The notes: a model not told the origin generated them from the sequence alone. A stretch of 63,697 nt of DNA, filler included, from Octopus bimaculoides (GCF_001194135.2; 9 parts of 8 records of this genome joined end to end with filler, not necessarily neighbours in it), one strand, 5' to 3'; counted from the first letter of the whole stretch, positions 1 through 14,041 are shown. Made by a program: numbers and translations.

Positions 1-33
<33 letters not shown>

Positions 34-88
34 TGTATGTATGTATGTATGTATGTGTATATGTATATATCTATGTATATATATATAT
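1..88. repeat. (TATG)n/(TA)n microsatellite
   Basis: Direct reading of tandem TATG and TA units. Confidence 0.95.
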
Positions 89-312
89 GTATCAATAATT
101 ATCGCCAAGCCAACATGGCAGTCCCCAAAATAGGACGAATGCTGCCGTGGATTAGCTCCAAGAGGCCATCACCTCTAGCTAGCTATGTGACACACAAATC
201 TTTGTCCTTTATAACCTTCGAACAGAGGAGGTCAGCAGCTTCCCCTTGCTGGTTTGGCATCTGCAGACTGGACTTAAGTCTCTCTAAAGGAGACTCCGAG
301 TACCGCTGACGG
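89..312 (-). mobile_element. Penelope-like terminal-repeat fragment, internally deleted copy of the 30520-30900 repeat
   Basis: Reverse complement matches 30560-30590 and 30722-30900 (agtctcctttagagagactta ... agtctgcagatgcc ... gccatgttggcttggcgataa). The ~140 bp segment carrying the hammerhead motif is missing here. Confidence 0.65.
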
Positions 313-3300
313 ATTTCATTTGTTTTATACCTTTTGTTGTTTCTTCTTCTTCTTCTTCTTCTTCTTCTTCTTCTTCTTCTTCTTCTTCTTCTTCTTCTTC
401 TTCTTCTTCTTCTTCTTCATATTTCTTAGGTAGTATGATTTCTTGTTTGCATTTGTTAGCTTCCTTAAATACTGAAAACAGCTTTTTCGTTTTGCTCGTG
501 TTTTGTGGCTATTTGTATTAGTTTTCCTGGCTTCTGAAAGTAGGTATTTTTGCAGTCCTATGGTTATCATTTTATAATAGTTTTCCAGCAGTATAAGGCC
601 TCCACTGCCTTCTGTACGTTGTATATATAGCCTTTGCATATCAGATATTGGGTGGTGCATCCTAGATCCTGTCATTAGTTTTCATGTTTTCCTGTCTATT
701 TCCGTTAGTTCATTTAGTGTCCAGTTAAGGATATTGTAGCTGTAACTTATAACTGGGACGGCTAAAGTGTTAATACCTATTATCTTGTTTTTAGCCTTGA
801 GCTCTGTTTTCAGTATTGATCTAAATCATCTATAGTATTCTTTCTTTATTTTCTCTTTCATTTGTGTGTGTTTTATCCTATCTAGTTCATTGATTCCTAA
901 ATATTTGCATGTCTGGCTGTGGTCTAATTCTTTTATTTCATTGGCTTTATCTTGTGTGACGTTGCTACTCTTAACTAGTTTTCCTCTTTTCAGAGTTGCT
1001 TTGGCACGTTTTTCTAATCCAAATTTCATATCTATTTCTTTGGAAAATCCATGTACGGTTTGTAGCAGTGTTTCCAGCTGTTTATCATTTGTAGCGTATA
1101 GTTTTAGGTCATCCATATATAAAAGGTGGCTGATTGTTTTGCCGTAACATTTATATCCGCATCCAGTTTTATTTAGTATGTCAGATAAAGGATTCAGTGC
1201 CAAGCAGGACAGAAGTGGAGAGAGGGTATCTCCCTGGAATATTCCTCTTCTAATGGGGATGACTTTGGTCTTCGTGAATCTCTATTTTGTTTGGAGCTGT
1301 AGCACTGTCTGCCATTTATTCATAGAGTGTGTTATGTATTTTTTAATTATTGGTGCTACCCTGTTTATGACAAGTGTTTCGAGGATTCACGTGTGGGGAA
1401 CACTATCAAAAGCCTTTCAGTAGTCGATCCAGGCCATACTGAGGCCTTTCTTATTTCTGCGGCTGTCTTCAGTTATGGCTTTATTGATCATTAATTGATC
1501 TTTACAGCCGTATGAGCCCTTGCAGCATCCCTTCTGCTATTCTGGAAACAGGTTGTTTCTTCCAGGTGCTTACTCAATCTTTGCGATATTATTGCAGTAA
1601 AGGCTTTGTTGATTGTAGGGAGACATGTTATAGATCTGTAGTTTTGTGGCTTTACCGTTTCCGTGGATTTGGGAATAACGGTAGTTTTCCCTTTCGTTAA
1701 GCCATTCAGGCATTGTCTCTGGCTCTGATAGTATGTCGTTAAAGTTTTCAGCCAGCTTTGTGTGTATGCCTGTTAGATATTTTAACCAGAAGTTGGGGAT
1801 CTTGTCGTGTCCAGGTGCTTTCCAGTTGCTTAGTCTTTGCAGTACCTGGATGACCTCTTCAGATGTTATAGGGGTCCAGAATTGCTCAGCTACTAAGTTC
1901 GTTGTTTTAATAGTCCTTTTCTGAGGTAGTTCCTTCACCGATGATATTTCTTTCCAAAGTTCTTCCACTTCTTCTGCTGTTGGGGCTGCAGTAATGTCTA
2001 TTTTATTTTTGCAAAGTTCTTGGTAGAACTTTTTGCGCGTTGGAGTTGAACTGTTTGTTTTGTTCAAAGAAACGTTGGCGTTTCTTATACCGGCGAATCT
2101 TTTGTGCTCTGGCAAGAATATCATCATTTAGCTTTTATTTTACCTCAGGTAAATTTTTTTTTGTAATGATGTATTTGCACAATATCTTTGTTTTCTTCTT
2201 GTTACTTAGTAGTGATGATTGTCTACTAATTTCGTTATGAATGGACAATCTTTTCTCATTTTCTAATTTTGTTCGGGTGGTGGAACTCCTGTTTGGATGG
2301 ATTTGAGGGAGTATCCTGCTTCTTATGTGGCTGCAGTGGCTGCCGCATATATTATGTCATTTAGCTCAGTGATATTGCCTGTTGTTTCTGTGGTTGTTAG
2401 TTCTGTGACGGCCAGGTTTATGCCATTTATTATTGATGTTGTTTTATTGTCTATTTTGATTTTTGGGAGGTATAATCTTTGGTCCATTCTGGGATCTGTG
2501 GTTTTCAGTTCTTTGATTATTCTCATTTTTATAGTATTATAATCATTAGGTTTCCCGTCGTTATTCCCAGGTTTTAGATTTGTTTCGCCTTCCTTTTCAT
2601 TCATATGTTTGTCTGTGGTGTTCTGGATTGGTGCTTTTTGTACGTTATTATATATCTCTACGGTCTGGGTTTGTTGTCTTTTGTTTACTTCGTTTTTGGT
2701 GGAAATGATACGTTTCTCTTCGTGTTTTACTATCTCAGTGTTTATATTATTTAGCACTGCTGTGTGGCTACTATCTACATTTTCCTGGTGTATTTTTTCC
2801 TTTTAATTCTTGTTTCTATTTCTGATATTTTTTTGCTTTGAGAATATATCTTCGTATGTTAGCTAGTTTATTTAGTTTATTAGGGTTCATTGCTGTATCC
2901 AAGTCTTTATTTAGGTTATTTTTCTTCCATATTTTATATGTATCTGTTGTTGATTTTCGTTCTTTGGGTAGAACACTGCTGTAAAATAAACGTGTAGGAT
3001 TTAAATATATTCCTCACGTGTCCATTTATGTCTTTTTGGTTTTATTTGCGGAACATGAGGAACAACGTCCGGCCCTTTATTTTGACGGTCATCATTTTCG
3101 TAGGATACCTGTCCGTTCATTTCTGTTGTCAAATTGTTTTGCACGTGTAGTTTGTCGTACATTTTGTGTAACAAGTTTCAAGTACTCACTTCCAGATTGT
3201 TATTCTTGTGTTGAATAATACCGGTATTATTCCATTTATTTGTAATTTTTCTGTACATGGTGCTTGGGGCTGGAGATGGTCTGGTGTTGATGGATAGTAA

Positions 3301-3560
3301 TGTATCAGGCGTGTTTACATGTGCTGTGCGAGCAGTGGAGATGATATCCAGTTAAAATACATCATTTCACTTGGAAAATAGAAATAATTTTCAATGAGTA
3401 TTACTTACTCGGATATAGTCCAACCCTTTGTCAGCTATTTTTGTCTCCATGCGATATCTTTATTTCCGATGTTTTTGAATAAATTTTGGAACAGTGTTTT
3501 ATCGCTATCACATGGTAATCCCTGTGTATCTGTTCTTGTTAATATCTTATTATTATTATT
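313..3560 (-). mobile_element. R4/Dong-clade non-LTR retrotransposon, degenerate, 5' end present, 3' end lost
   Basis: Minus-strand fragments in order: KWTREEY N-terminus (~3030), ITELNDIIYAAA, RT motifs NWKAPGHDKIPNFWLK, AWIDYxKAFDS (~1410), ISHLLYMDDLKLYA, MKFGLEK, KYLGI, then RLYIQRTEGSGGL. The 5' end abuts (TTA)n at 3548-3560. Confidence 0.9.
341..418. repeat. (TTC)n microsatellite, about 26 units, inside the LINE ORF
   Basis: Both flanks align with the homologous ttgttgtttcttctttttcatattt segment at 13450-13475. Confidence 0.9.
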
Positions 3561-3627
3561 CAGTGACCTGAATAATAACAATAATATTAATAATGATAAT
3601 AATATTAATAATTATAATAATAATAAC

Positions 3628-3800
3628 AGCAACATCGAAAAATACCTTAGGAATGAGAATCCAGGTTCGAAATTTCCCCAAGACATCTGATGAAGGCTGG
3701 AGGGTATATCAGCCGAAACGTTGAGTTAACAACAAACAAGATAAGGACAAATAACCGTTAAATGTAAATAATGTAAATAATGTACACAATTCCTCATCTC
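3628..3800 (+). mobile_element. Penelope-type terminal repeat with minimal hammerhead motif
   Basis: CTGATGA (3687-93), stem GGCTG/CAGCC, then GAAACGTT (3715-22). Confidence 0.7.
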
Positions 3801-4111
3801 TTAAATATAGAACTTTTAGATTATTACGATGTTATTTATCCTTTTCTACTCCGTGCTAGGCACACGCTTATGGTTGTTTGTAAATGTTACGAAGAATTGT
3901 TACTATTATGTTGTATTATTCTGTATACAAGGTGGGAAAAATGTCAATGCCTGAAACTTGATGCGCATATGCACTGACAGATGTTCGCACATTTCCTGAT
4001 TACCAAATACTTTACAATCTGATATAGACACCTATTTGTAATTTAACAACATATACTTGTGTATATATGAGCAAATACATAAGTGAAGAAAGATGGATAT
4101 ATATATACAGA

Positions 4112-4362
<251 letters not shown>

Positions 4363-4989
4363 GTTTGTGTGTGTATTTATGTGTCTTATCACAGTCAAAT
4401 TATGATGAAAATTACAATAATCTAAACTTTTTTAAAAAATGTTGTACAGTGACAGTCGCAATGTCAAAACGACATATCTGCCTGCTGGGTTTATAAATAG
4501 AACCGCAGGAAACCGCAGCAAAAGTATCAAATGACAATGCGATAAGAATTGTATAGGATTTTTAAGAAAACTAGAAAAAGAATTAAATTTACAATAAGCA
4601 CATCAGTGGTATGGTTAAACTAGATTCCCTTATGCCCTCTAAAAGAATACTGAATAACAAAATTAATAGAATGAGAGAAGAAAAGTAAATGAATGGTCAT
4701 TGAGAACATTTGGCACATTTCTATTACGTTAATTCGTCTTTAAGAGGTCTAAAATAGCTAAAACATCTCCAAATTACTACAAGGTAGATAAATTTGTATT
4801 CTTAAAATATCATATCCTTTCTTAGTTGAAAATTCTGTCAATGTGAATGTTTTAAAAACATTACTAAATTTCAAAGTATAAATTGTTAATCTTTATGCTT
4901 CTTATGGTTACAATATAATGTAGAGAGGTGCTACTACTGCTGCTATAACTAAGAACAATAAAAATAAGAATAACAATGACAGTAATAAT

Positions 4990-5210
4990 CCTTTCTACTA
5001 TAGGCACAAGGTCTGAAATTTGGTGGGGCGGGAGATAGTCGATTACATCAACCCCTGTGTTTAACTGGTGCTTAATTCATCGACCCCGAAAGGATGACGT
5101 CGACTTCCGAAGAATTTAAACTCAGAACGTAGATAAAGACGAAATACTGCTAAGTACTTCACCCGGTGTGCTAACGCTTCTACAAGATCACCGCCTTAAC
5201 AGTAATAACA
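4990..5210 (-). mobile_element. tRNA-derived SINE, family 1 (aaggcggcgagc...ctgagttcaaa...ggtcgat...ccttgtgcctatagtagaaagg)
   Basis: Homologous copies at 36565-36740, 41098-41460, 43975-44160 and 58060-58200. Tail of ATT repeats. Confidence 0.8.
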
Positions 5211-5243
5211 ATAATAATAATAATAATGATGATAATAATAATA

Positions 5244-5990
5244 GTATGTGGTAGACAAAAGGAAAAAAGGAAACCAAGTTTATAGATATGGCAATGCTTG
5301 GGATGCACGCATAAATAACAAAGCACCAGAAAAGACTGAAAAGTACAGATTTCGAAAAGAAGACATTACAAGAACGTGGACTATGAGGAGAGTGTCTGTC
5401 ATCCCAGGAGTTCTAGAGGCAGCCAGAGTACTAAGAACAAAGTTTGAGAAATATGTTTCACACTGGAATCTTTATCAGAAATGGAGATTTGAAACTGGAG
5501 ATACATGGTACGATCACTAGTTCGAAAGAGTTCTGGAGCCGGAGAAATGCAAAATTTTATGGGATTTTCCTATTCAGACGGATAAGAAGCTAGAAAATAA
5601 TAGGCCAGACATAAAAATAAAAGATCCATCGTGTCTGTCTGATTCAAAGATTGTAAAGAAAGAGAATGAAAAGCAAAATAATATATATATATATTGTCCC
5701 TTAAAATTTGAAAGTGCAAGAATTTGGAGTAAGAAAACTGAAGGCTGTGCCTGTAGTAATTGATGCATTTGGAACTGTAAATAAAGCGATTGACAAATAG
5801 TTGTAGAAGACTAGCAGCAAGTCCTGTGGAACTCGTTTTACTCTCAGAGACAGGAAAGATTATCAGGAGGTCTTAAGAACTTGTAAGACTATTGAAAGCT
5901 TGTTAATACCTAAGGTTCACCGGTAGTGGTAGAAACTCTCTACCAACATAAATTCTACCTGCAATAAGAATGATCCTGCCTTAAATCAAC
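5244..5990 (+). mobile_element. R4/Dong-like LINE 3' fragments (RLE domain), probably two tandem pieces
   Basis: Frameshifted KFIDMAML..RINNKAPEKTEKY..VSVIPGVL, then TDKKLENNRPDI and VPVVIDAFGTV. Flanked by (AAT)n on both sides. Confidence 0.7.
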
Positions 5991-6009
5991 AACAACAATG
6001 ATGATAATG

Positions 6010-6069
<60 letters not shown>

Positions 6070-9000
6070 TTTTAAAAAGAATTGACGTAACTCTTCACAC
6101 AGGTAAACAGTCAAGACGAAAAGCGCGATTCGATTGTAAGATATTTTATTAGTTGAACGATATATCAACAGTACGTCTGTCTTTGTCAAGTTCAAAATAA
6201 GAAGTGATAAAAATTCAAAATTACAGAAATTTAAATGTAAAGTATGTACGAGAGCAACCAGCGTCCATACGTTGATGGAATGATATCATCAGTTTGTAAG
6301 GTTCACCGGTAGGGGTAGAAACTTTCTACCAACCTTAAAAACTGATGATGCTCTGTTATTCCTTCTAGTTAACGAAGACAATACTATATAAATACTCATA
6401 ATTGTTTATACTTTAGATCTAGTCATATTTTAGATGAGGATGTAAGTCGACTACATCGAAAGTAATATTTGATTTGTACTTTATTTCATTACACTAAAGA
6501 GTGTCGACTCAGAATATATCGAGCTTGGTAAAATACCGGAATTCATATTCAAAACATTTGTCATTTCCTCAGTAAATATTAGTAAATAATCAAAATAATC
6601 TTAGGCAATATCCAGTCCTTAATTAGCTTGTCAATTGTGTTATAGACTTTTGATATAAATTCATCAACAATTACGCAGACTTTTGAATAGAATCATATAC
6701 CAATATTTCGAAATTTTATCATTTCGAAATCTTATCAAGTTATAGGCATTGGTAATATATCAGCAAAATGAATTTGTTTTAGATTAGGTTTTGAAACTAG
6801 CATGATCTTGAATACAAGGCAAACTATTCCAGGCTGTAGAGTATTCAATACATCTTGAAACACTTATATAAACATTACCAATTGCCAATAACCTCTGACA
6901 AATATACATGATGCTATAGAAATATGCATGGTATATGGCTTCAGGACTGGTTGGCTTGATGATTTGGATGGTTCAGGACCGGTTTCCTCGTTAGTACTAT
7001 ATATTTTCATTCAACCAAGGTCTTTATTCAATGCGTTAATACAACTAGAGTCATTGCAATGTTCTTAGTTATAATACTACACAAGTGAAAACACCTGGCA
7101 GGTTTCCTAAGGTTCATAAATTATTTTTGTTATTATTTGAATACCAACTATACATTGACATATTTATATGAAATTTCTGTTGATACATCATTTTTCGCTG
7201 ACAACGGATTTGACTTATGTTGCTTCTAGTGAACTATAGCATTGTCAATTATGTACAGAAATGCTCCTTTGTATTTCTGAAGATATGAATTAACATCCAT
7301 AAATTTATTTTAATGGGGACAGTTTTATTGTTTTCTAACAACAACAACGGTGCCATTTACTTTGTAAGTGCACAGAGAAAGGAACAGTATTCTGCTTTAT
7401 AAAAGAAACCTGAGGCTGATTAATACATTATATAAGATTGTTAACAGAGAACTTACTCGCACAATCGACATAAATACATAAGTACGTAAATGAAAAAGGG
7501 GCAATTGTATATTAGTAGAATTTTTCGCACCGAGAGAAAGGACGAAAGTAGGTGAAAGGGAGAGAGAGATATTGAGAGAGGGAGGGAAAGAGAGGATGAG
7601 AGAGGGGGAGAAACAGAATGAAAGAGATGCAGAAGTAGACAGTTAGGGAGAGTGTTTTAAAATTTTGAGTTTTCATTTACGTGTGAATCTACTGTGTAAA
7701 TTAATGGGGATTCAGTTTTGGACAAGTTTGTTGTAAATTTGAAATTTATATGGTTTATTACTTTTTCAATGAGCACTTGAAATATTTAGAAAACCGAAAT
7801 ATATTTACAAATGCACGCTTTCAATAAAACAGAAAACGAGTATAAATGCAAGTGGCAGGAAAATATATAACATTTTTGTTTTGAATCATGGCATTTGCGT
7901 TAGCATTCTCGGTTTTATTTCAAAACAGCATAATCAAATTATTGCATGCGAAATCACAACATAACTGAATCATGGAACACATAATCTCATGTATTATTGA
8001 AACATTGTGGATATTCAATATAAAGTGTTGCAGCCGTAACACCTATGAAAGATATAGAACATTAAACTGGTGAATGTCAGTTCACATTTCTCGTTTTTGT
8101 AAAATGATACCAAAATAATGAAGTTATTAAAACGTTTTTCCCTATATCATATAATAATAAAATAAAATAAAATATTTTCCGAAGTATGACATTTTGAACG
8201 GAATTTAGAAGAATTCTGATGAGAAAATTGATACTATAAGCTGCCGATTTGGATTGTTGGTCAATGGAATGTATTTAAATCTTACCGTTAACATTAGAAA
8301 ATATATAAATGAGAAAATATCGCAATTCTTATGTAAATTGTAAATTGTGTGTTGATTTTAAAGATGAGAGTTTTATTTCTTGAGGATATATTTCGAGATT
8401 ATGTATCTATGCAAATTTTATTATAACACGGAAAAAATATACGCGTTCAACAACGCGGGGGCAACGTAAATCATACCTGATATACTGTGATATATACCTC
8501 AAAGCTGATTGTTCTCCCTCGATAAGAAAAATTAGAAGAAAAAAAAACAAATATTTTCTATTATTTCTTACTTTTCACCATTTTTAATAAAGAATTGTTT
8601 TATTGGGGTCTAACGACTTGAAGAATAGTCACGGAAGCTCACTTTCACTATAATTACTATAATAAGGATAAGACCTTATTCCCTTGTGATATGGTGATAT
8701 GCGTTCACATTCTTTAAGGAAAACTCAGAAGACGAATAATGATATACACCTTACTTCAAAATTAACTAAAGCTAGTATAATTGAATATATTATATCGCAA
8801 AATTTTACCAAGCGTATTACTTGATATTGTTGTTTGGCCTTATGGTAGCTTCGATTGAACAAATCTGTGATCGAAGAAATTCTTATCATGACCCTCTTAT
8901 TTTTTGTATATCAGGGCTTACATGCCCATATATATTTGCATTAACATTTCTGCCAATGTCTTAGAATAGATTGATCGTTTCTAGTTAACGTCTTCCTAAG

Positions 9001-10169
9001 CAATAAAATCGATTTTTGCCGAACGAACGATATGTATTATGCAACTGTTTTTTACGACGTGTCTTACCTGTAGAAAATACCATGGTTTTCAACTACATAA
9101 TACAGCAATAGTGCTTGGGAAAATACTAACTTGACGATGCTACTAACTTGTACTTGAATGCAAAAATGCAATGAATAACATACAGATATTGTTGGTTATA
9201 GATTAATTTGTAGCATGTGTTGATGGGGACCATCTGTTTTGAGGGATATTTTATTCTATTCCTTTTCAGTTATGAATTTACTTGGTCCAGTTTTGTTATG
9301 CATAACCATTATAACCACATTTAGCATATGACCTACTATTTAATACGAGACGTTCAAATCATTAAACATCCGAAATATTATAAAGATTATCAAACGTGGA
9401 GTATATAAAATTTTTGAATTCGCTAGAAGTATCAGATATGTGTAATATCATAACACGCAGAAATTTTAATTTCAGTAAAGTTATATGAAATATGAAATAT
9501 AATACAAATGTCATCATTAGAATTCCTAAAGTTCATTAAATCTCATTCAACTTATCTTTTACAAGCGTCAATTAATAGGTCGGTGGTCATTGAAGTAAAT
9601 CAAAAATAACCACTTTGTGTATTCAATGTAAAATTTCTTCTCCATGTAGATACATGCAACAAGAAATATGTAAATAATAAACGCGTTTCAAAAGATCTAA
9701 TCGTACCATAATCTCTTTAATTGGAACGTTTATATTGTAACCACTTATCATAATTACTTTATATTCATTAATTTGACCATATTAAGTGAATCTAAAACTG
9801 CATATTATGTAGCTACTATTAGTGAAAATAATACAATATCACATTATACAAAGCTATACGTTATCGAAACTATTATACATGATATAAAATTATCGTTCAG
9901 ATGTTAAGACATATTCCTTCCAGATATATACAAAGTATTAATAATAACTTGGAATGCATGATTTAAAGAGAAATGATATTCAGACTGCAAGAAATGTAAC
10001 TAATTTTATTTCGTGTATACGTTCATATATCTAACTCTCTATATATGGTGTGTGCGTGTATTTGTGTGTGTGTGCATCAATTTGACTCAACAGGGTTGAC
10101 AAGTGATGGTGTCATATCCAAGGGAATCATTCTTTTCACTTCTATTACTATTATAGTATTTGCCACATG

Positions 10170-11347
10170 CCAGCCTTTATGAGCGAGGCTGCTAAGTTTA
10201 ATAATATCTCTCCTGTTCGTTGATTTTTGCGATGGTTGAAAGGAAGGAACAGCGTGCTTCCATGAAATGCTGTTTCCTGCCGAAAAAATGACGGCCGAAA
10301 CAGTTGTCAAGCTTCAGACAGCTTACGAGGATGCGGCCATGAATGAAACACAAGCTTACGTGTGGTTTTTACGCATTAGGAATTGTCACTTGTCGCTTGG
10401 AGACCAACCTCGTTCCCGGCGATCGTATACCACCAGAACGAATGAAAACATCACGAAAATTCATGAACCGATCTTGGAGAACCATTGACGAACAATTGAC
10501 GAACTTTTGCATATGACTGGTGTGTCCTGGATCTCCTCTCGACGAATTCTGAACGAGGAATTGTGAATGAAAAGCTTTGCAGCAAAATCTGTGCGTCGCT
10601 TGCTCACGGAAGGTCAGAAGCAGTCACGACTAAAACTGTGTAGTGAAGTGAAAGAACAGCTGGAAGTTAATCTGGACCTTTTTTCAAAGGACATACCTGA
10701 TGACGATAGCTGGTGCTACGTTACGACCAGTAAACAAAGCAAACACTCAAGTCAATGGAAGCATTCAATGTCACTACGCTCCAAAAAAGTGCGACATGTG
10801 ATGTCCAACGCCAAGACGATGCTCATTAGTTTCATCGATACGAAAGGATTGTACACACAGAATTTGTTCCTCCTGGTCAAGCTGTTAACTTGGGAGTTCT
10901 GAAGCATTTGCGAAACGAGGTGAGACGAAAACGCCCGAACAGTGGCAAAGTGGAGAGTAGTAGTTTCATCACTATGATGCGCCTGCGCACCACGCCTTAA
11001 GTGTGAGACAGTTTTTGACCAAAGATGGCATGACCTCGCTTACTTACCTTCCATATTCACCCGCTCTTGCTCCCTACAACTTTTCGTTCGTTCCTCCGAA
11101 TGAAAAATTCCTTAGAGGAAAATGTTTTGCAGATGAGGAAGAGGTGAATAAAAAAAAAACATGGAAACATTAAGAGGAATCATTTCGGGAGGGTTCCAGG
11201 ATTGCTTCGAACAGTGAAAAACGGGTCTTGACCGGTGCATTGCTTCAACTGGAGAGTAATTTGAAAGGGGTAAATGTGTAAACATGTTAAGCTAAATGAA
11301 TAAAATAATATTGCGAAATTCCGGTTTGTTTTGGATATCTCCTCGTA
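10170..11347 (+). mobile_element. Mariner (Tc1/mariner) element with disrupted transposase
   Basis: MVERKEQRA.. N-terminus, DDSWCY, HHYDAPAH and YSPALAP motifs across frameshifts. Right TIR-like end ...ggatatctcctcgTA at ~11345. Confidence 0.9.
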
Positions 11348-12598
11348 TATACATGTGAGTGTGTGTGAGTGTGTGTGAGTGTGTGTGTGCGTGTGTGTAT
11401 GTATGCACGTAGGTAGGTGGGTATGCATATTATCAAAGATAGAGATCTTCTATATGTTTCTCAACTATCTGGGTTGATAACGCTGATACTTCCTGTAGAA
11501 AGGACATACTTTCTTTCCTCTCCACAGTCGGATTCCTCACAGAGGATACGTTCCACTTTGATATATAAATTTACATATATATGTACCTATACAAATATGT
11601 ACACATACATATAAGTGAATTTTCGTTTAAAGTGTGGCAAAAAATAAAATATACAATGATAAAAGGATCAAAATTTTATCGCATTTCAGTAAAACGTGAT
11701 CCAAATGTTCGGAAATTTAGATTTAAATGTTTGTTTTTTAGTTGCTTCTACTACATACAAGTTTTATTAAATTCGAAGAAGTAGCAAGAACATTTCACAC
11801 CCTTTATAGTATCTTTGCAACTGTTACCAAGAAACTTCCTCGTAACTGTATACTTAAGAGATACGCTCATTTTGACGAATGTGCATCAATTGTTCATCCG
11901 CTATCCATCTCACAAACTCGATGGCTGTTAGCACACTTTGAAAATGTTACGGTATAGTTTTGTTCGGATGGAAAATATTGATATCGCGCCCTGTACTCGT
12001 TAGTCCCTACGATAACTCTGCAATCATTTGGAGATATTTTGCCATAACATAAGCCTAATATAAATCCTTGGATAGGTCGTCACAGCCATTGGAAACGTTC
12101 AAATAGGAAAATAAGGTGTTAGAATTTGTGAAGTAGGCAAATAAGTTATTCTTGCATCAATAAATTTTTTAACAAATTCAAAAATCATTAAATTTTGAAT
12201 ATACCACTGATCAAATGCATGACGTTACTGTTTCAAGCAAAATAAAATAGTCTGAAACTGAAATAATGAATATTTTCCTTACAGGCTCCTTCGGACTATA
12301 ACGATTTGCAAATGATAGCTCACTTATACAAAGAACATGCATAGGAAATGAATTTGATGGATCGCAGGTTGAGATTATATGGCAGCAAGAATTTGAGAAT
12401 TATAAAACACATGCCACTAAGCAATCAATGGAATGTGAAATTGATTCAAAGACTTATAACTTTGGGGCATACGATGATATTGATTCAACTACAAATAGCT
12501 TGAAAAAGATCTAATTGACTTTAATTGCTTATAAGTCTACCCCTTGCCATTCATATGACCAGCTGCTGATGTAAGTTGATCTAGGTATGTCTTGATAA

Positions 12599-12635
<37 letters not shown>

Positions 12636-13083
12636 NNNNNNNNNNNNNNNNNNNNNNNNNNNNNNNNNNNNNNNNNNNNNNNNNNNNNNNNNNNNNNNNN
12701 NNNNNNNNNNNNNNNNNNNNNNNNNNNNNNNNNNNNNNNNNNNNNNNNNNNNNNNNNNNNNNNNNNNNNNNNNNNNNNNNNNNNNNNNNNNNNNNNNNNN
12801 NNNNNNNNNNNNNNNNNNNNNNNNNNNNNNNNNNNNNNNNNNNNNNNNNNNNNNNNNNNNNNNNNNNNNNNNNNNNNNNNNNNNNNNNNNNNNNNNNNNN
12901 NNNNNNNNNNNNNNNNNNNNNNNNNNNNNNNNNNNNNNNNNNNNNNNNNNNNNNNNNNNNNNNNNNNNNNNNNNNNNNNNNNNNNNNNNNNNNNNNNNNN
13001 NNNNNNNNNNNNNNNNNNNNNNNNNNNNNNNNNNNNNNNNNNNNNNNNNNNNNNNNNNNNNNNNNNNNNNNNNNNNNNNNNNN

Positions 13084-14041
13084 GTTTATATCGATTGGGA
13101 CAGTCATATCAATGAGGAGGCATGATTTTTGTCTGAAGTCTTTCAGTATGATGTCTGGCCTATTTGCGTCTATCTTTCTGTCAGTTTGAATGGTGAAGTT
13201 CCAGCCTCTATCATGCCTGTTGAGATACTCTGTAGGCGCAAGCAGACTGCACATGGAGACAACGTGATCGATGGTCTCATTTTGTTGTTGGCATATACGA
13301 TATAATGGGGAGCTGCCGTTCTTTAATATGTTGGCCTGGTAGTTCTTTGTAGGTAGGCATTGATCTTGGGCTGCTATGATAAACCCCTTTGTTTCTGATT
13401 TCAAGCCAGAAGCCCATTAACCATTGGTGGGTAAGGGCTTTGTCTACTTTGTTGTTTCTTCTTTTTCATATTTGTTAGGTATTACGATTTCTTGTTTGCA
13501 TTTGTCAGCTTCCTTAAATACTGAAAACAGTTTTTTGTTTTGCTCGTGTTTTGTGGCTTTTTGTATTAGTTTTCCTTGCTTCTGAAGTTGGTATTTTTGC
13601 AGTCCTATGGTGGTTATTTTGTAATAGTTTTCCAACTGTATAAGACCTCTACCACCTTCAGTACGTTGTATATATAGCCTTTCTGTGTCAGATTTTGAGT
13701 GGTCAATCCTAGATCCTGTCATTATTTTTCTTGTTTTCCTGTCTATTTTCGTTAGTTCCTTTTAGTGTCCAGTTACGGATATTGTAGCTGTAAGTTATAA
13801 CTGGGACGGCTAAAGTGTTAATATCTATTATCTTGTTTTTAGCATTGAGCTCTGTTTTCAGTATTGATCTTACTCGTCAATAGTATTCTTTCTTTATTTT
13901 CTCTTTCATTTGTGTGTGTTGTATCCTATCTAGTTCATTGATTCCTAAATATGTGTATGTATGGCTTTCGTCTGATTCTCTTATTCCATTGGCTTTATCT
14001 CGTGTGATGTTACTACTCTCAACTAGTTTTCCCCTTTTCAG
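13084..14041 (-). mobile_element. R4/Dong LINE copy C, 5'-truncated, 3' end in gap
   Basis: Strong nucleotide similarity to 420-995. GFIIAAQDQ, zinc-knuckle region (ETIDHVVSMC) and RLE motif NRPDII...LIDMTVP. Confidence 0.9.

Noticed and set aside
3550-3575. Hairpin TTATTATTCAG-TGAC-CTGAATAATAA at the Dong/Penelope junction
   Set aside because: Mostly explained by two opposed (TAA)n tracts, so low information.
9062-9079. Minus-strand tattttctacAG|GTAAGA recursive-splice-like site (similar AG|GT at ~34180 and 39205)
   Set aside because: A few such short motifs are expected by chance in this much AT-rich DNA, the pyrimidine tract is short, and no host gene is established.
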